This document shows, piece after piece, positions 23,807 through 34,864 of a stretch of 64,000 nt of DNA (position 1 is the first letter of the stretch; every line of letters begins with the position of its first letter). The stretch spans positions 88,536,001 to 88,600,000 of the forward strand of contig NC_092345.1 of NCBI RefSeq assembly GCF_963676685.1, in the 5' to 3' direction. The DNA comes from Mytilus edulis. Lineage: Eukaryota. The notes beneath the pieces were generated by a model, which made no database searches, was not told the DNA's origin, and saw nothing but the letters and a program-made list of their open reading frames with translations. Both the position numbers and the translations under genes were made by a program.

Positions 23807-26800
23807 AAACTTGTTGATACTTGTACGCAGAGCATTCTTGCTCAACGTATGATTGGTTTAGCAAATGAATCTTTTATTTACATTAATAATACAAAGTGTA
23901 AGGCTTTGATTGATACAGGGTCCATGATATCAACAATATCTGAAGGTATGTTGAATGAGTTAACACCTCCACCTGAATTGAAAAGTTTAGATGACTTTAG
24001 CTTATCAATTAGTGTGGCAGGAGGTACCACTTTACCGTATTTAGGTTACATAGAAGCTAGTATAAAGGTTGATTTTGTAGAGCAAGATTTTATGATACCA
24101 TTGTTGGTTGTCTCTCTTACTGATTATAACAAAAATGTACCTGTTATTATTGGTACAAATGTTATCAGATTGTTAGATTCATGTTCTATGGTTGGTAGAC
24201 AGCAAACTAACATAGACAAGATCCCAAGAGAGTGGGATATTGCTTTTAATTCTATCAAAGATGAAGCAATAGGTCAAGTTTACTCTACGAATAAAAATCC
24301 CATCAAGATCAAACCTTTATCTGTCTTAAATGTATCTGGTTTAGCAAGGTCTAAGACACCAGAAGCATGTACAGTAGTGACTGAGAGTCTGTCAGATGAC
24401 TTGTCAGATGTGTCAGTATGTCCACGGGTAGTAAACGTTAAGGGGTCAACTTGTCGGGTCCCAGTTAGAATATTTAACATGACGGCCAAAGCTATGGTCA
24501 TAAAACCTAAAACACACTTGTGTTCTCTGAACGAGGTTAAGGTTGTCCGTCATGTAGATGTACACAGTGCTGAAAGCGCTGTTGATGAAGAGAAAGGGAG
24601 TTTGTCTGATCAGGAGTTATCATCCCTAGGAATTAACTTAGAGAGTTTCGATGTTCCTGAGGATACTAAACTCAGATTGAAAGGTTTAATTAGCAGGTAT
24701 AGGTCTATTTTCTCCCAAGGACCCACTGACATTGGGCTCACAGATCTGATGGAGCACGAGATCCAGTTATCTGATGACAAACCCTTTAGACAACCCTACA
24801 GGCGTATTCCTCCAGCATTGTTCGATGAGGTAAGAGAACATGTACGTGAAATGCTGGAGGCGGGCTGTATAAGGGAGTCTAACAGTCCTTACGCCAGTAA
24901 CGCGGTTCTCGTGCGTAAGAAGGACAGTTCTTTGCGCTTCTGTTTAGATTTTAGATCTTTAAACAAGAAGACAATTCGGGACAGTTATTCTTTGCCTCGC
25001 ATTGACGAGACAATTGATTGTCTAGCTGGGGCTAAATACTTTACGCGACTGGACCTTCGATCGGCATATTGGCAAATGGGCATTAAAGAGTCAGACAAGC
25101 ATAAGACCGCGTTTTCGTTAGGTCCATTGGGGTTCTATGAATTTAATAGGCTCCCCTTTGGTCTGACAAACGCAGGGGCATCGTTTCAAAGATTGATGGA
25201 AAGATGCATGGGAGAAGCTCATTTACGTGAATGCTTAGTATTTTTAGACGATATTGTGGTATTTTCACGTAACATAGATGACCATTTTGCTAGGCTTGAG
25301 TCTGTTTTTAGTCGTCTTAAACACCACGGCTTAAAACTCAAAGGTAGCAAGTGTGAATTTTTTAAGAAGGAGATTAAATATCTTGGTGTTATAGTGTCCG
25401 CCGACGGTATCAAAACCGACCCAGAGAAAGTTATAGCAGTCCAAAATTGGCCAGCTATAAAGAGCATTAAGGACCTTCGTAGGTTTATAGGTTTCACTTC
25501 CTATTACAGGAAATTCATTAGAGACTACGCTAAGATTGCAAAGCCTCTTAATGACCTATTTCTTGGACACCCTACGAACAAGAAGAACCTTGGGTCTAAA
25601 CGAAAGAAGTCTAGTAAGCCTAGTCCTTGGAAATGGGGTCCCGAGGAACAGAATGCTGTTGATCTTATTATTGAAAAGTTGACAAACCCACCAGTTCTTG
25701 CATATGCAGATTTTTCATTACCTTTCATTGTAAACGTTGATGCAAGTGGTACCGGTTTAGGTGCCGTCTTGTATCAAGAACAGGAGGGTAAAGAACGGGT
25801 GATAGCTTACGCTAGTCGTAGCTTACGTGGCCCAGAGAAGTTATATCCAGCCCATAAAAGAGAATTTTTGGCGCTTAAATGGGCTGTAACTGACAAGTTT
25901 CATGATTATCTCTTTGGTAGCAAATTTACCGTTAGAACGGATAATAATCCACTTACGTACGTTCTCGGTAAAGCTAAATTAGATGCTACCGGCCATAGAT
26001 GGGTTGCTTCATTGTCAAACTATGATTTCAGCATTGTGTATAGAACAGGCAAGTCAAATATTGACGCTGACGCTCTTTCTAGACTTCCGTCCGATTGTAA
26101 AGAAGTTTTTAGTGACGTAGTTCAGGCTATTTGTAAATCTATAGTATTAACTCCAGATACAAACCCTGCTATTGAAACTGTATGTTTGTCACATGATATT
26201 CAGTTTATAGACAGCGATAGCGAGATTTTAGCCGATACATCCAAATTCGCTGATATAGATTGGACGTATGAGCAGAGACAAGATTCATGCTTAAGTAGAG
26301 TTATTGATTTAGTTACAACCGGTCATAGACTCACTAAGCGTCAGATGTCTCATGAGACGGATCTTGTCCGAAGATTATTGAGAGAATGGGATAAACTTTG
26401 TCTGAAAGATAAGGTTTTATATAGGAAAAGCTACATTAATCATGAAGCTGTGTTTCAACTAGTATTACCTTCTATTTACCATGAACTAGTACTGACTGCT
26501 CTGCACGACGATGTAGGTCACCAGGGGCGCGATCGTACTTTATCACTTGTGAAATCAAGATATTTTTGGCCGGGTATTGATAGAGACGTAGAGAGAAAAG
26601 TTTCGAACTGTCAGAACTGCATACTCAGAAAGTCGAAGTGCAGGAATTCTGCATCATTGGTAAATATATGTTCTTCCTACCCTTTGGAGCTCATTTGTAT
26701 AGATTTTCTAACTCTTGAGCAGTCAAAGGGAGGATATGAGAATATTTTGGTCATTACGGATCATTTTACGAGGTACGCTCAAGCTATACCTACGAAAAAT

Positions 26801-28081
26801 CAGTCCGCTAAAACTACAGCTAAAGCATTATGGGAAAATTTTATTCAGCACTATTCTTTTCCATCTCGATTTCACAGTGATCAGGGACGAAATTTTGAGG
26901 GTAAGGTTATCCAGGAACTGTGTAGATTAGCAGGCATAAAAAAATCTCGCACTACTCCGTATCACCCGCAAGGGAATGGTCAGTGCGAGCGTTTTAACCA
27001 GACTTTATTAAACATGTTGGGTACTCTTGATGATGAAAAGAAATCCAATTGGAAAGTGTATGTTGCGCCGTTAGTACATGCCTATAATGCAACAAAACAC
27101 GATACAACTGGATACAGCCCACATTATCTGATGTTTGGTTGGCACCCGCGGCTTGCCATTGATGCTTTTATAGGTAATCCAAACCAGTCTGTTACAAAAG
27201 ATCACTCTGCATACGTGAGTGATTTGAAAAAACGACTGCAGTTTGCCTATAGAACAGCTGAAAAATCAGCCGAAAGGACTGGGAGACGTCATAAAACGCG
27301 ATATGATTTGAAAGTCAGACAGTCAGTACTGGAGCCTGGTGATAGAGTTCTACTTAAAAATGTGGCGTTTAGAGGGAAACATAAATTAGAAAATAAGTGG
27401 GGTAAACAACCTTATGTTATAGTTTCAAAACCTGACTCTGATATTCCGGTTTATATCATCAGACAGGAACACGGTCGGGGCCGTAAAACAGTACATAGGA
27501 ATATGTTACTTCCCATTACTTCCATTCCCATTTTAAACCCTCAGTGTAGTGAGAACTCCCAAGATAAGAGAAATGTAGTTTCAAAGAAAGATTGTCCGTC
27601 TGTATTAGTAGACAAAGTTTTAGACTCTGATAAAACAGTGGACGAAATCACTACGGACGACCAAGTTGTTTCAATTACTTCATCTGATATTTCTGAATCT
27701 GAGTCAGAAGAAGAGTTTTTAGTGCACGATTGCCCGAGGCGTCGAGTAGATATAGTACTGCCTCTGAACCCTTTAGCGGATGAATTTCATCCGGGCATTT
27801 TGAATCTAGATGAAGTAAGTCAGCGATCTAGTAGTCCTGACAGTAGTATTGAACAATCTGATGGTCAGAGGTCAAGTATTTTAGATGTATCTGAGTTTAG
27901 CAACCCAGTTCCCGTCAGTAGTGAATCAGAAACCAGTCCTGATAATCAAACGTCAAGCGCCTCTGATAATCATGCGCCGAGCGCTTTAGATTATGTCCAA
28001 CCAGAGTCTGAAATTCAAGTGCGGCGGTCGAGTAGACAAGTGAAACCGCCAGTCCGTTTTCAAGATTATGTTAGATACTAG
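23735..28081 (+). CDS. pol: Pol polyprotein: aspartic protease, reverse transcriptase, RNase H, integrase
   Basis: ALIDTGS (PR); LPFGL and FLDD (RT); NVDAS...E...TDN (RNase H); H-H-C-C, IDF, SDQG, GQCERFN (IN). Uninterrupted. Confidence 0.97.
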   Translation, partial: FKRVKVSVEGQTRDLYRPENVPSPKLVDTCTQSILAQRMIGLANESFIYINNTKCKALIDTGSMISTISEGMLNELTPPPELKSLDDFSLSISVAGGTTLPYLGYIEASIKVDFVEQDFMIPLLVVSLTDYNKNVPVIIGTNVIRLLDSCSMVGRQQTNIDKIPREWDIAFNSIKDEAIGQVYSTNKNPIKIKPLSVLNVSGLARSKTPEACTVVTESLSDDLSDVSVCPRVVNVKGSTCRVPVRIFNMTAKAMVIKPKTHLCSLNEVKVVRHVDVHSAESAVDEEKGSLSDQELSSLGINLESFDVPEDTKLRLKGLISRYRSIFSQGPTDIGLTDLMEHEIQLSDDKPFRQPYRRIPPALFDEVREHVREMLEAGCIRESNSPYASNAVLVRKKDSSLRFCLDFRSLNKKTIRDSYSLPRIDETIDCLAGAKYFTRLDLRSAYWQMGIKESDKHKTAFSLGPLGFYEFNRLPFGLTNAGASFQRLMERCMGEAHLRECLVFLDDIVVFSRNIDDHFARLESVFSRLKHHGLKLKGSKCEFFKKEIKYLGVIVSADGIKTDPEKVIAVQNWPAIKSIKDLRRFIGFTSYYRKFIRDYAKIAKPLNDLFLGHPTNKKNLGSKRKKSSKPSPWKWGPEEQNAVDLIIEKLTNPPVLAYADFSLPFIVNVDASGTGLGAVLYQEQEGKERVIAYASRSLRGPEKLYPAHKREFLALKWAVTDKFHDYLFGSKFTVRTDNNPLTYVLGKAKLDATGHRWVASLSNYDFSIVYRTGKSNIDADALSRLPSDCKEVFSDVVQAICKSIVLTPDTNPAIETVCLSHDIQFIDSDSEILADTSKFADIDWTYEQRQDSCLSRVIDLVTTGHRLTKRQMSHETDLVRRLLREWDKLCLKDKVLYRKSYINHEAVFQLVLPSIYHELVLTALHDDVGHQGRDRTLSLVKSRYFWPGIDRDVERKVSNCQNCILRKSKCRNSASLVNICSSYPLELICIDFLTLEQSKGGYENILVITDHFTRYAQAIPTKNQSAKTTAKALWENFIQHYSFPSRFHSDQGRNFEGKVIQELCRLAGIKKSRTTPYHPQGNGQCERFNQTLLNMLGTLDDEKKSNWKVYVAPLVHAYNATKHDTTGYSPHYLMFGWHPRLAIDAFIGNPNQSVTKDHSAYVSDLKKRLQFAYRTAEKSAERTGRRHKTRYDLKVRQSVLEPGDRVLLKNVAFRGKHKLENKWGKQPYVIVSKPDSDIPVYIIRQEHGRGRKTVHRNMLLPITSIPILNPQCSENSQDKRNVVSKKDCPSVLVDKVLDSDKTVDEITTDDQVVSITSSDISESESEEEFLVHDCPRRRVDIVLPLNPLADEFHPGILNLDEVSQRSSSPDSSIEQSDGQRSSILDVSEFSNPVPVSSESETSPDNQTSSASDNHAPSALDYVQPESEIQVRRSSRQVKPPVRFQDYVRY

Positions 28082-28174
28082 TATTTTAATGTTTTAACCT
28101 TTGAATATTTTTTTATTGATATTTGGAATTTAGTTTTATTTCTATTTAGTTTCATTTTTGTTTGTTTCACAGAA

Positions 28175-28849
28175 ATGAATCAGCATACATATATTTATAC
28201 GTCTAGTAGAGGAAAAGTTCTAGAAGGCAAAGTTCGTTGTAAAACGTTAGTACGTGTAGTGCCTGGAGGAAAATTGGAAACTTTGTGCAAATATGCATAT
28301 GAGGATCTTAAAGATATAGACGGTCTGAAAATCGTGTATTTCATAGCTGGAATACCGGATATTTGTTCTTTAGAAAGGAATCGTAGATCAAATTATGAGG
28401 AATCATTTCTTAAAAGAACTGACAATAGTTGTTTTGAACATGCATTGAGACTAAAGAATACTATAGTAAATACAGAAACTAAATTGAAAAGTATAAATTG
28501 TAAGGTAGTTTTTGCTACTATTACAACTATGAGTTTCTGTCTTTGGAATTTACATAGATTGTCTATTGGAAAAACAAGTCATTTAAAGTATGAGAATGCA
28601 TACGATAGGATGCAGCTAGAACTTAACTCCATTATACAGGATGTAAATAATTTTATTACAGAATTTAATCATACAAATCATGTTATCACTCCATTTTTTC
28701 ATTCTCCTGTACATAAATGTAAGAGTGGAAAATTTAGATATTTGTATAACAGATTAGTGGATGGGGTACATCCTACATTTGATTTGGCAAGAATTTGGAT
28801 TGATCGTTTGTCAACGGCAATTCAAAGCAATGAGGAAAGATTTTTTTAA
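28175..28849 (+). CDS. ORF3 in the env position: SGNH/GDSL-hydrolase-like protein, 224 aa
   Basis: Block I IYTSSRG (GDS-like Ser), block II VPGG, block III FIAGIPD, block V LVDGVHP (DxxH). Lies between pol and the PPT; preceded by a strong splice acceptor. Confidence 0.8.
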   Translation: MNQHTYIYTSSRGKVLEGKVRCKTLVRVVPGGKLETLCKYAYEDLKDIDGLKIVYFIAGIPDICSLERNRRSNYEESFLKRTDNSCFEHALRLKNTIVNTETKLKSINCKVVFATITTMSFCLWNLHRLSIGKTSHLKYENAYDRMQLELNSIIQDVNNFITEFNHTNHVITPFFHSPVHKCKSGKFRYLYNRLVDGVHPTFDLARIWIDRLSTAIQSNEERFF

Positions 28850-29050
28850 TTTTATTTAACTTTTTGATATTTTTTTGTTCTGTTATTTGTTTGTGAATCC
28901 TATTGGTTGTCTTGAATTTTGGTCATTGCTATATGGTATAGAGGCGTTTGCCGCATACCTATCTAGAATGCCCAAATTTCAAAAGTGTCATATTGTTGTA
29001 TAAGGTTTGATATATTGGTTTCGATATAGTTTCGAGACGAAACTTTTTGT

Positions 29051-29059
29051 AGGAGGGGG
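29051..29059 (+). promoter_or_regulatory. Polypurine tract
   Basis: AGGAGGGGG just before the 3' LTR. Confidence 0.85.
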
Positions 29060-29063
29060 TGTA

Positions 29064-29840
29064 TGTCACCGGATATATTTATCCATTTTGGTTCATTATT
29101 ATGCATTTCATATTAATTGTGTTTTCCGTGTTATATGTTTTCCATTCATATCATATTCATATTTCATATCATCATGTTTCTTGACGATTGACGACAATAG
29201 TTTTGCGCTGCATATTTTGAAATAGACTATAGCTTTATACGCTATGCTTTGCTTTACGTACTCAATATTTAAATTAGTACAATAGAAAGTTAAAGCGATT
29301 CTTATTATTTAAATGATATATATTTATATTTAAATAGCATGAGTTTTGCATGAGCTCAAAGCGCGGCAATACTAACCATATATATATTAATACAATTTCA
29401 CTTTTAAAGTTAGTCACTGGTCATTATTACAATCGGGGAGGCGGCAGACTAATGTCTACGCTGCAGGTACTTGTAAATTTATTTATTCTTTTAGCAATGT
29501 TTAAAATGTTTCAATTAAAGTAAAGTTATTTTAGTATTTCATATATAGAATTCAGTATGGCTTGAAAGCCGCATTTTGGTATATAAGTTAAGGTCAGAAT
29601 AAAGCTCCGTTGCATGCAAATATTTCAGTATAGATATTGTTCATATTTATTGGAACATAATTGTAAACTTGGGTTACAATTTGTATACTTGCAGATTATA
29701 TAATAAAGTATTTATATATTGGACGACTCATTAAATGCAGAAATGGCCCACACGCATTACAACGACAAGTTTATGGGTTTATGGTGATTTATCCCTCATC
29801 CCAAGTCGATTTTATATGGTGTTCCATTCTTCCTGCGACA
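29064..29840 (+). repeat. 3' LTR (777 bp)
   Basis: Matches the 5' LTR by eye apart from an extra 9 bp (aatgtttca) near 29505. Confidence 0.97.
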
Positions 29841-30124
29841 TAGACATCACTTTGAATTAGTATTTCTATGCAGTAAAATGAAGACACTTTCAAAACAAAA
29901 GAAAATTATTTATCAAAATACAAAATAAATTATTTTTGCCTCTTCTAAGAATCAGAAAACAGTTATAACTAGTACTAGATTCTCCTTTGATGGTGTGCAA
30001 TGTTGAATCTGACTATAGTAGATTTCTGTTCATTATTTGACTTATTGGTTAAGATTATAGTGATCAGTGTAGTTGTTTTGTTATCTTGTTTGTCTTTGAT
30101 ATATACTAATTGAGTAAAACAAAC

Positions 30125-30242
30125 CTGCTCTCTTAAGGCCTCAAGTCTTTCTTCTTTTTCTATTTCTGCTTGCTTTTTTTCTTCTTCTAAGTATTTTCTC
30201 TCCTCAATTTTTGCATCTAATTGTTCTGCTCTATATTTAATC
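30125..30242 (-). CDS. CCDC148: CCDC148 exon (RIKYRAEQLDAKIEERK...ERLEALREQ)
   Basis: GT-AG boundaries; matches RVKYRQE...RLEALRKQ. Confidence 0.9.
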
Positions 30243-30443
30243 CTAGAAGGAATACATAGTTTACATAGTTTTGTATTAAACTATTGATGCAACTAGATGC
30301 ATTTAAAACATATTTTTTTATTATAGTAATTTTTGTATAAACATAATTTTAGATTTGGAAATAATTTTGATGATAATACATTTACTGCATAAATTTTGCT
30401 ATTCAATTTTAATGTACTGAGTACAAAACTATGTACAATGTAT

Positions 30444-32155
30444 GATTATTCTAGGTAAACATGCAGTGTTGGTAAGATTATTCCAGGTAAACATGCTGTG
30501 TTGGTAAGATTATTCCAGGTAAACATGCAGTGTTGGTAAGATTATTCCAGGTAAACATGCTGTGTTGGTAAGATTATTCCAGGTAAACATGCAGTGTTGG
30601 TAAGATTATTCCAGGTAAACATGCTGTGTTGGTAAGATTATTCCAGGTAAACATGCAGTGTTGGTAAGATTATTCCAGGTAAACATGCTGTGTTGGTAAG
30701 ATTATTCCAGGTAAACATGCAGTGTTGGTAAGATTATTCCAGGTAAACATGCTGTGTTGGTAAGATTATTCCAGGTAAACATGCTGTGTTGGTAAGATTA
30801 TTCCAGGTAAACATGCTGTGTTGGTAAGATTATTCCAGGTAAACATGCAGTGTTGGTATGATTATTCCAGGTAAACATGCAGTGTTGGTATGATTATTCC
30901 AGGTAAACATGCTGTGTTGGTATGATTATTCCAGGTAAACATGCAGTGTTGGTAAGATTATTCCAGGTAAACATGCTGTGTTGGTAAGATTATTCCAGGT
31001 AAACATGCAGTGTTGGTAAGATTATTCCAGGTAAACATGCTGTGTTGGTAAGATTATTCCAGGTAAACATGCAGTGTTGGTAAGATTATTCCAGGTAAAC
31101 ATGCTGTGTTGGTAAGATTATTCCAGGTAAACATGCTGTGTTGGTAAGATTATTCCAGGTAAACATGCAGTGTTGGTAAGATTATTCCAGGTAAACATGC
31201 AGTGTTGGTAAGATTATTCCAGGTAAACATGCAGTGTTGGTAAGATTATTCCAGGTAAACATGCAGTGTTGGTAAGATTATTCCAGGTAAACATGCTGTG
31301 TTGGTAAGATTATTCCAGGTAAACATGCAGTGTTGGTAAGATTATTCCAGGTAAACATGCAGTGTTGGTAAGATTATTCCAGGTAAACATGCAGTGTTGG
31401 TATGATTATTCCAGGTAAACATGCAGTGTTGGTAAGATTATTCCAGGTAAACATGCAGTGTTGGTAAGATGGTATGATTATTCCAGGTAAACATGCTGTG
31501 TTGGTAAGATTATTCCAGGTAAACATGCAGTGTTGGTAAGATTATTCCAGGTAAACATGCAGTGTTGGTAAGATTATTCCAGGTAAACATGCTGTGTTGG
31601 TAAGATTATTCCAGGTAAACATGCAGTGTTGGTATGATTATTCCAGGTAAACATGCAGTGTTGGTAAGATTATTCCAGGTAAACATGCAGTGTTGGTAAG
31701 ATTATTCCAGGTAAACATGCAGTGTTGGTATGATTATTCCAGGTAAACATGCTGTGTTGGTAAGATTATTCCAGGTAAACATGCAGTGTTGGTAAGATTA
31801 TTCCAGGTAAACATGCAGTGTTGGTAAGATTATTCCAGGTAAACATGCAGTGTTGGTAAGATTATTCCAGGTAAACATGCTGTGTTGGTAAGATTATTCC
31901 AGGTAAACATGCAGTGTTGGTAAGATTATTCCATTATTCCAGGTAAACATGCAGTGTTGGTAAGATTATTCCAGGTAAACATGCAGTGTTGGTATGATTA
32001 TTCCAGGTAAACATGCAGTGTTGGTAAGATTATTCCAGGTAAACATGCAGTGTTGGTAAGATTATTCCAGGTAAACATGCAGTGTTGGTAAGATTATTCC
32101 AGGTAAACATGCAGTGTTGGTAAGATTATTCCAGGTAAACATGCAGTGTTGGTAA
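30444..32155. repeat. Intronic tandem array, 32-bp unit, ~53 copies
   Basis: GATTATTCCAGGTAAACATGC(A/T)GTGTTGGTA(A/T) head-to-tail with no spacers. Confidence 0.97.
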
Positions 32156-32821
32156 GTGTTGTTCTCACACCCATCATCTATGCAAAGCAAAGGGTGTCAT
32201 ACACATGGTACAGGTCTATTATTCTGCCTTATTTTTCACTGAAATCTTCATTCAAGATTTCCATTTTTTCTTTCCACAAATAAGGTAACACAAATAAAAA
32301 AACAGGTAATGCCAGGTACGTTTGTTTACAATCCATGAGGTGAACATAAATGTTTTTCTAATGTCATGGAAAAAGTCCTTCCACACTAAAAATTGGGTTG
32401 AAAAAGTTATTTAAGGAATTTGTCTGACAAATAGGCTATTATGTTATAATCGAAATCCCTGCATTTAATTAATGTAATTGAAATCTAATAAGTCTTTCCA
32501 AATGCATTACAGTACACTTCTTTTCTTTACATTTTGTAACCAGGTATATAAATCATGTGCACAATTACATAATCAATGGTAAGGGAGACAACTTTCACAA
32601 TGAAACTCTTGGATACCAAATAAGCATCTGAAGTGCAGACATAAGGTTGAAAAAATTATCTGTGGAATTACCAGAACAATCTTAATGCTGCCTTGCCACA
32701 ATGTAAAGTGGAAACTGATACATTTATTTAATCAATATATTCTATGAGAAAGGATTATTAAAAAGATTACTTTTACAATAAAATAATTACTTTGATCCAG
32801 CCAAAATACACAAATCATTAC

Positions 32822-32940
32822 CTTTCTTGATCAAATATGGCTTGTTCAGCAAGTTGTGCCTGTAACTCGTCATATCTCTTTTGATCTTTCTCTGCTTGTT
32901 TTTGTTGTTTCTTTTCAATTTCTTCATGGAACTTGGCTAC
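32822..32940 (-). CDS. CCDC148: CCDC148 exon (VAKFHEEIEKKQQKQAEKDQKRYDELQAQLAEQAIFDQE)
   Basis: GT-AG boundaries; coiled coil; phase fits. Confidence 0.9.
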
Positions 32941-33133
32941 CTATAAAAATATAAACATTGTTTAACATTTTTTACAGAATAGATTGTAGCTTTAATTAAA
33001 AAAATAAATAAATACATACATAATACTATAAATGAATCATTACCTAATGAAGTTCATATAAATATAATTTTATACTGCTTTTAAGAAGAAAAACTTGATT
33101 GCATTGAACAAATGAAATAATAGATTTTTATAC

Positions 33134-33274
33134 TTGTTCTTTTTCATGAGCTCTTTTCTTTGTCTCTAATTCTGCTTCCATTTTAAGTCTTTCTCTAACG
33201 GCTTGAAGTTTTTCAGATTCCATTTTATGTTGAATTATCAAAGCTTCCATTTGCTGTTCTCTGAAATTGCGAAT
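33134..33274 (-). CDS. CCDC148: CCDC148 exon (IRNFREQQMEAL...RAHEKEQ)
   Basis: GT-AG boundaries; 141 nt, phase 0/0. Confidence 0.9.
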
Positions 33275-33971
33275 CTGAAAAGATAAAAATTAAAATGTAT
33301 AACCTTTATACTTTTGATATTTTTGAGTAGCTGAAACTTTTAAGCTTTGCAATTTTCCAAGTTAAAATGGAAAATATCGGAGTTTTAAGATTATAAAATG
33401 ATAAAATACTTCCAAAAGCCTTGTAACTTACACTTTTTCAATACATTATGATTATAGACTCCTTATGGTTATAAGAAAAGAACTGAGTTCCAATATCCCT
33501 AACATGGCATTTATTTTATCTATCCTATAAAATGAGTTAAAGTATGATCTGTTGGTTCTTTAAAAAATTTCTTCCAAGGGGCATAACTCTGATAAAAATA
33601 GTTGATCAGCACTAATTTGTAAGTAACACTGCTTATATATACCTCAGATATAAGTTTTATAAATTTCTGTCACAAATTGTACAAGTGAGAGGGATTGCAA
33701 TGCATTTTTCCATACAACAAACATCTCCAAGGGGCATAACTTTAAAAAAAAAAAAAGTTAATTAGCACTGATTTTCAAAATTGTTGATAAAAATTGTGAG
33801 AGTGCATACAAGACCAGAACTGAAGGACCCACAGTATCCCCCCTCCCCCTTAAAAAAATAATTATGGTTTGATAGACCAAAAATAATCTGTTTAACACTA
33901 TTTCCAAGGCAATGTCAATTACCTTAGATTATGATGTCATCCTACTCTCATTTTCCTGACAGAGAATATTA

Positions 33972-34545
33972 GTTACATAGTGTGCTAGTGACCTAATACG
34001 GTATACCGGTATATGGGGTCAGTAAATTCCATATGGGGTGAGAGGGAAGCCCATTTATACCGTATTAGGTCACTAGCACACTATGTAACGAATTTATCTT
34101 ATCGACTATCTTTAAATAACGTGTGAAATTTAGACCTATCAAAATGAGCAAGTCCTCAATACTGTTAGCATTAAGAAACTACTTCCATTGATCCTACAAA
34201 AACAGATACCAACAATAACAACTTGTGGGGGTTAAATTTGTTATATGAATTTATTTCAATCTTAATCATCAATTTCTTCGTGTGTTGAAACCTTTACGAT
34301 TTTTTTTCTCAGTACCGTTTTGTTTTTATAAAGGGACGTAACACCACTACTAACCGTGTATGAAATAAGCCCTGCCTCCCTACTACCTTATATGGAATAT
34401 AAAAGAACGTAGCTCCACTACTAACCGTGTATGAGATAAGCCCCACCTCCCTACTAACCTAATATCAAATATACACGGTCTCCACGAGGGCGCTTTTAAC
34501 CAATCACATTCCTAGAAATGTATAGGAAGTAAGATAATAAATTAT
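33972..34545. mobile_element. Non-autonomous element with a terminal perfect 34-bp hairpin (family uncertain)
   Basis: Arms 33972-34005 and 34056-34089 are perfectly complementary. The adjacent aatttatctta is echoed, inverted, near 34530-34543. There is an internal ~60-bp duplication. Confidence 0.5.
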
Positions 34546-34657
34546 CTCAGTTTAGTAGCTTGAGATGGAAATTATTGAGTAAAAAAATCAATGGATTTTC
34601 TATGTTATGAGCAATGTTGAACTTTAAACTTTGTACCTTTGTGTGAATTAAATTTAC

Positions 34658-34864
34658 CTTTTCATGCAGGACTTCTCTCACTTGTCTCTGTTTACGGTTG
34701 TACTCAGCTTTAACTTCATCTAATTGAGCAGCCATCTCTGCCTCAGTGAATATTGACTCGGCTTTGTGATACAATGCTGATCTTCCTTTCTGCCAAGCCA
34801 CCATTAAAGCTTTCTTTCTTTCACGAAAATATTTGTTAGAATCACACCATTCTTCATGTGACAC
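34658..34864 (-). CDS. CCDC148: CCDC148 exon (VSHEEWCDSNKYFRERKK...EVLHEK)
   Basis: GT-AG boundaries; matches VEHEKYCDQYRF. Confidence 0.92.

Larger units (their letters stand above)
21070..29840 (+). mobile_element. Full-length Ty3/Gypsy LTR retrotransposon with three ORFs, antisense within a CCDC148 intron
   Basis: TG...CA LTRs at 21070-21837 and 29064-29840; 4-bp TSD TAGA (21066-21069 and 29841-29844); PBS, PPT, intact gag and pol (PR-RT-RH-IN order) and ORF3. Confidence 0.98.

Noticed and set aside
30444-32155. 32-bp repeat as a CRISPR array
   Set aside because: Units are head-to-tail with no unique spacers, there are no cas genes, and it lies in a eukaryotic intron.
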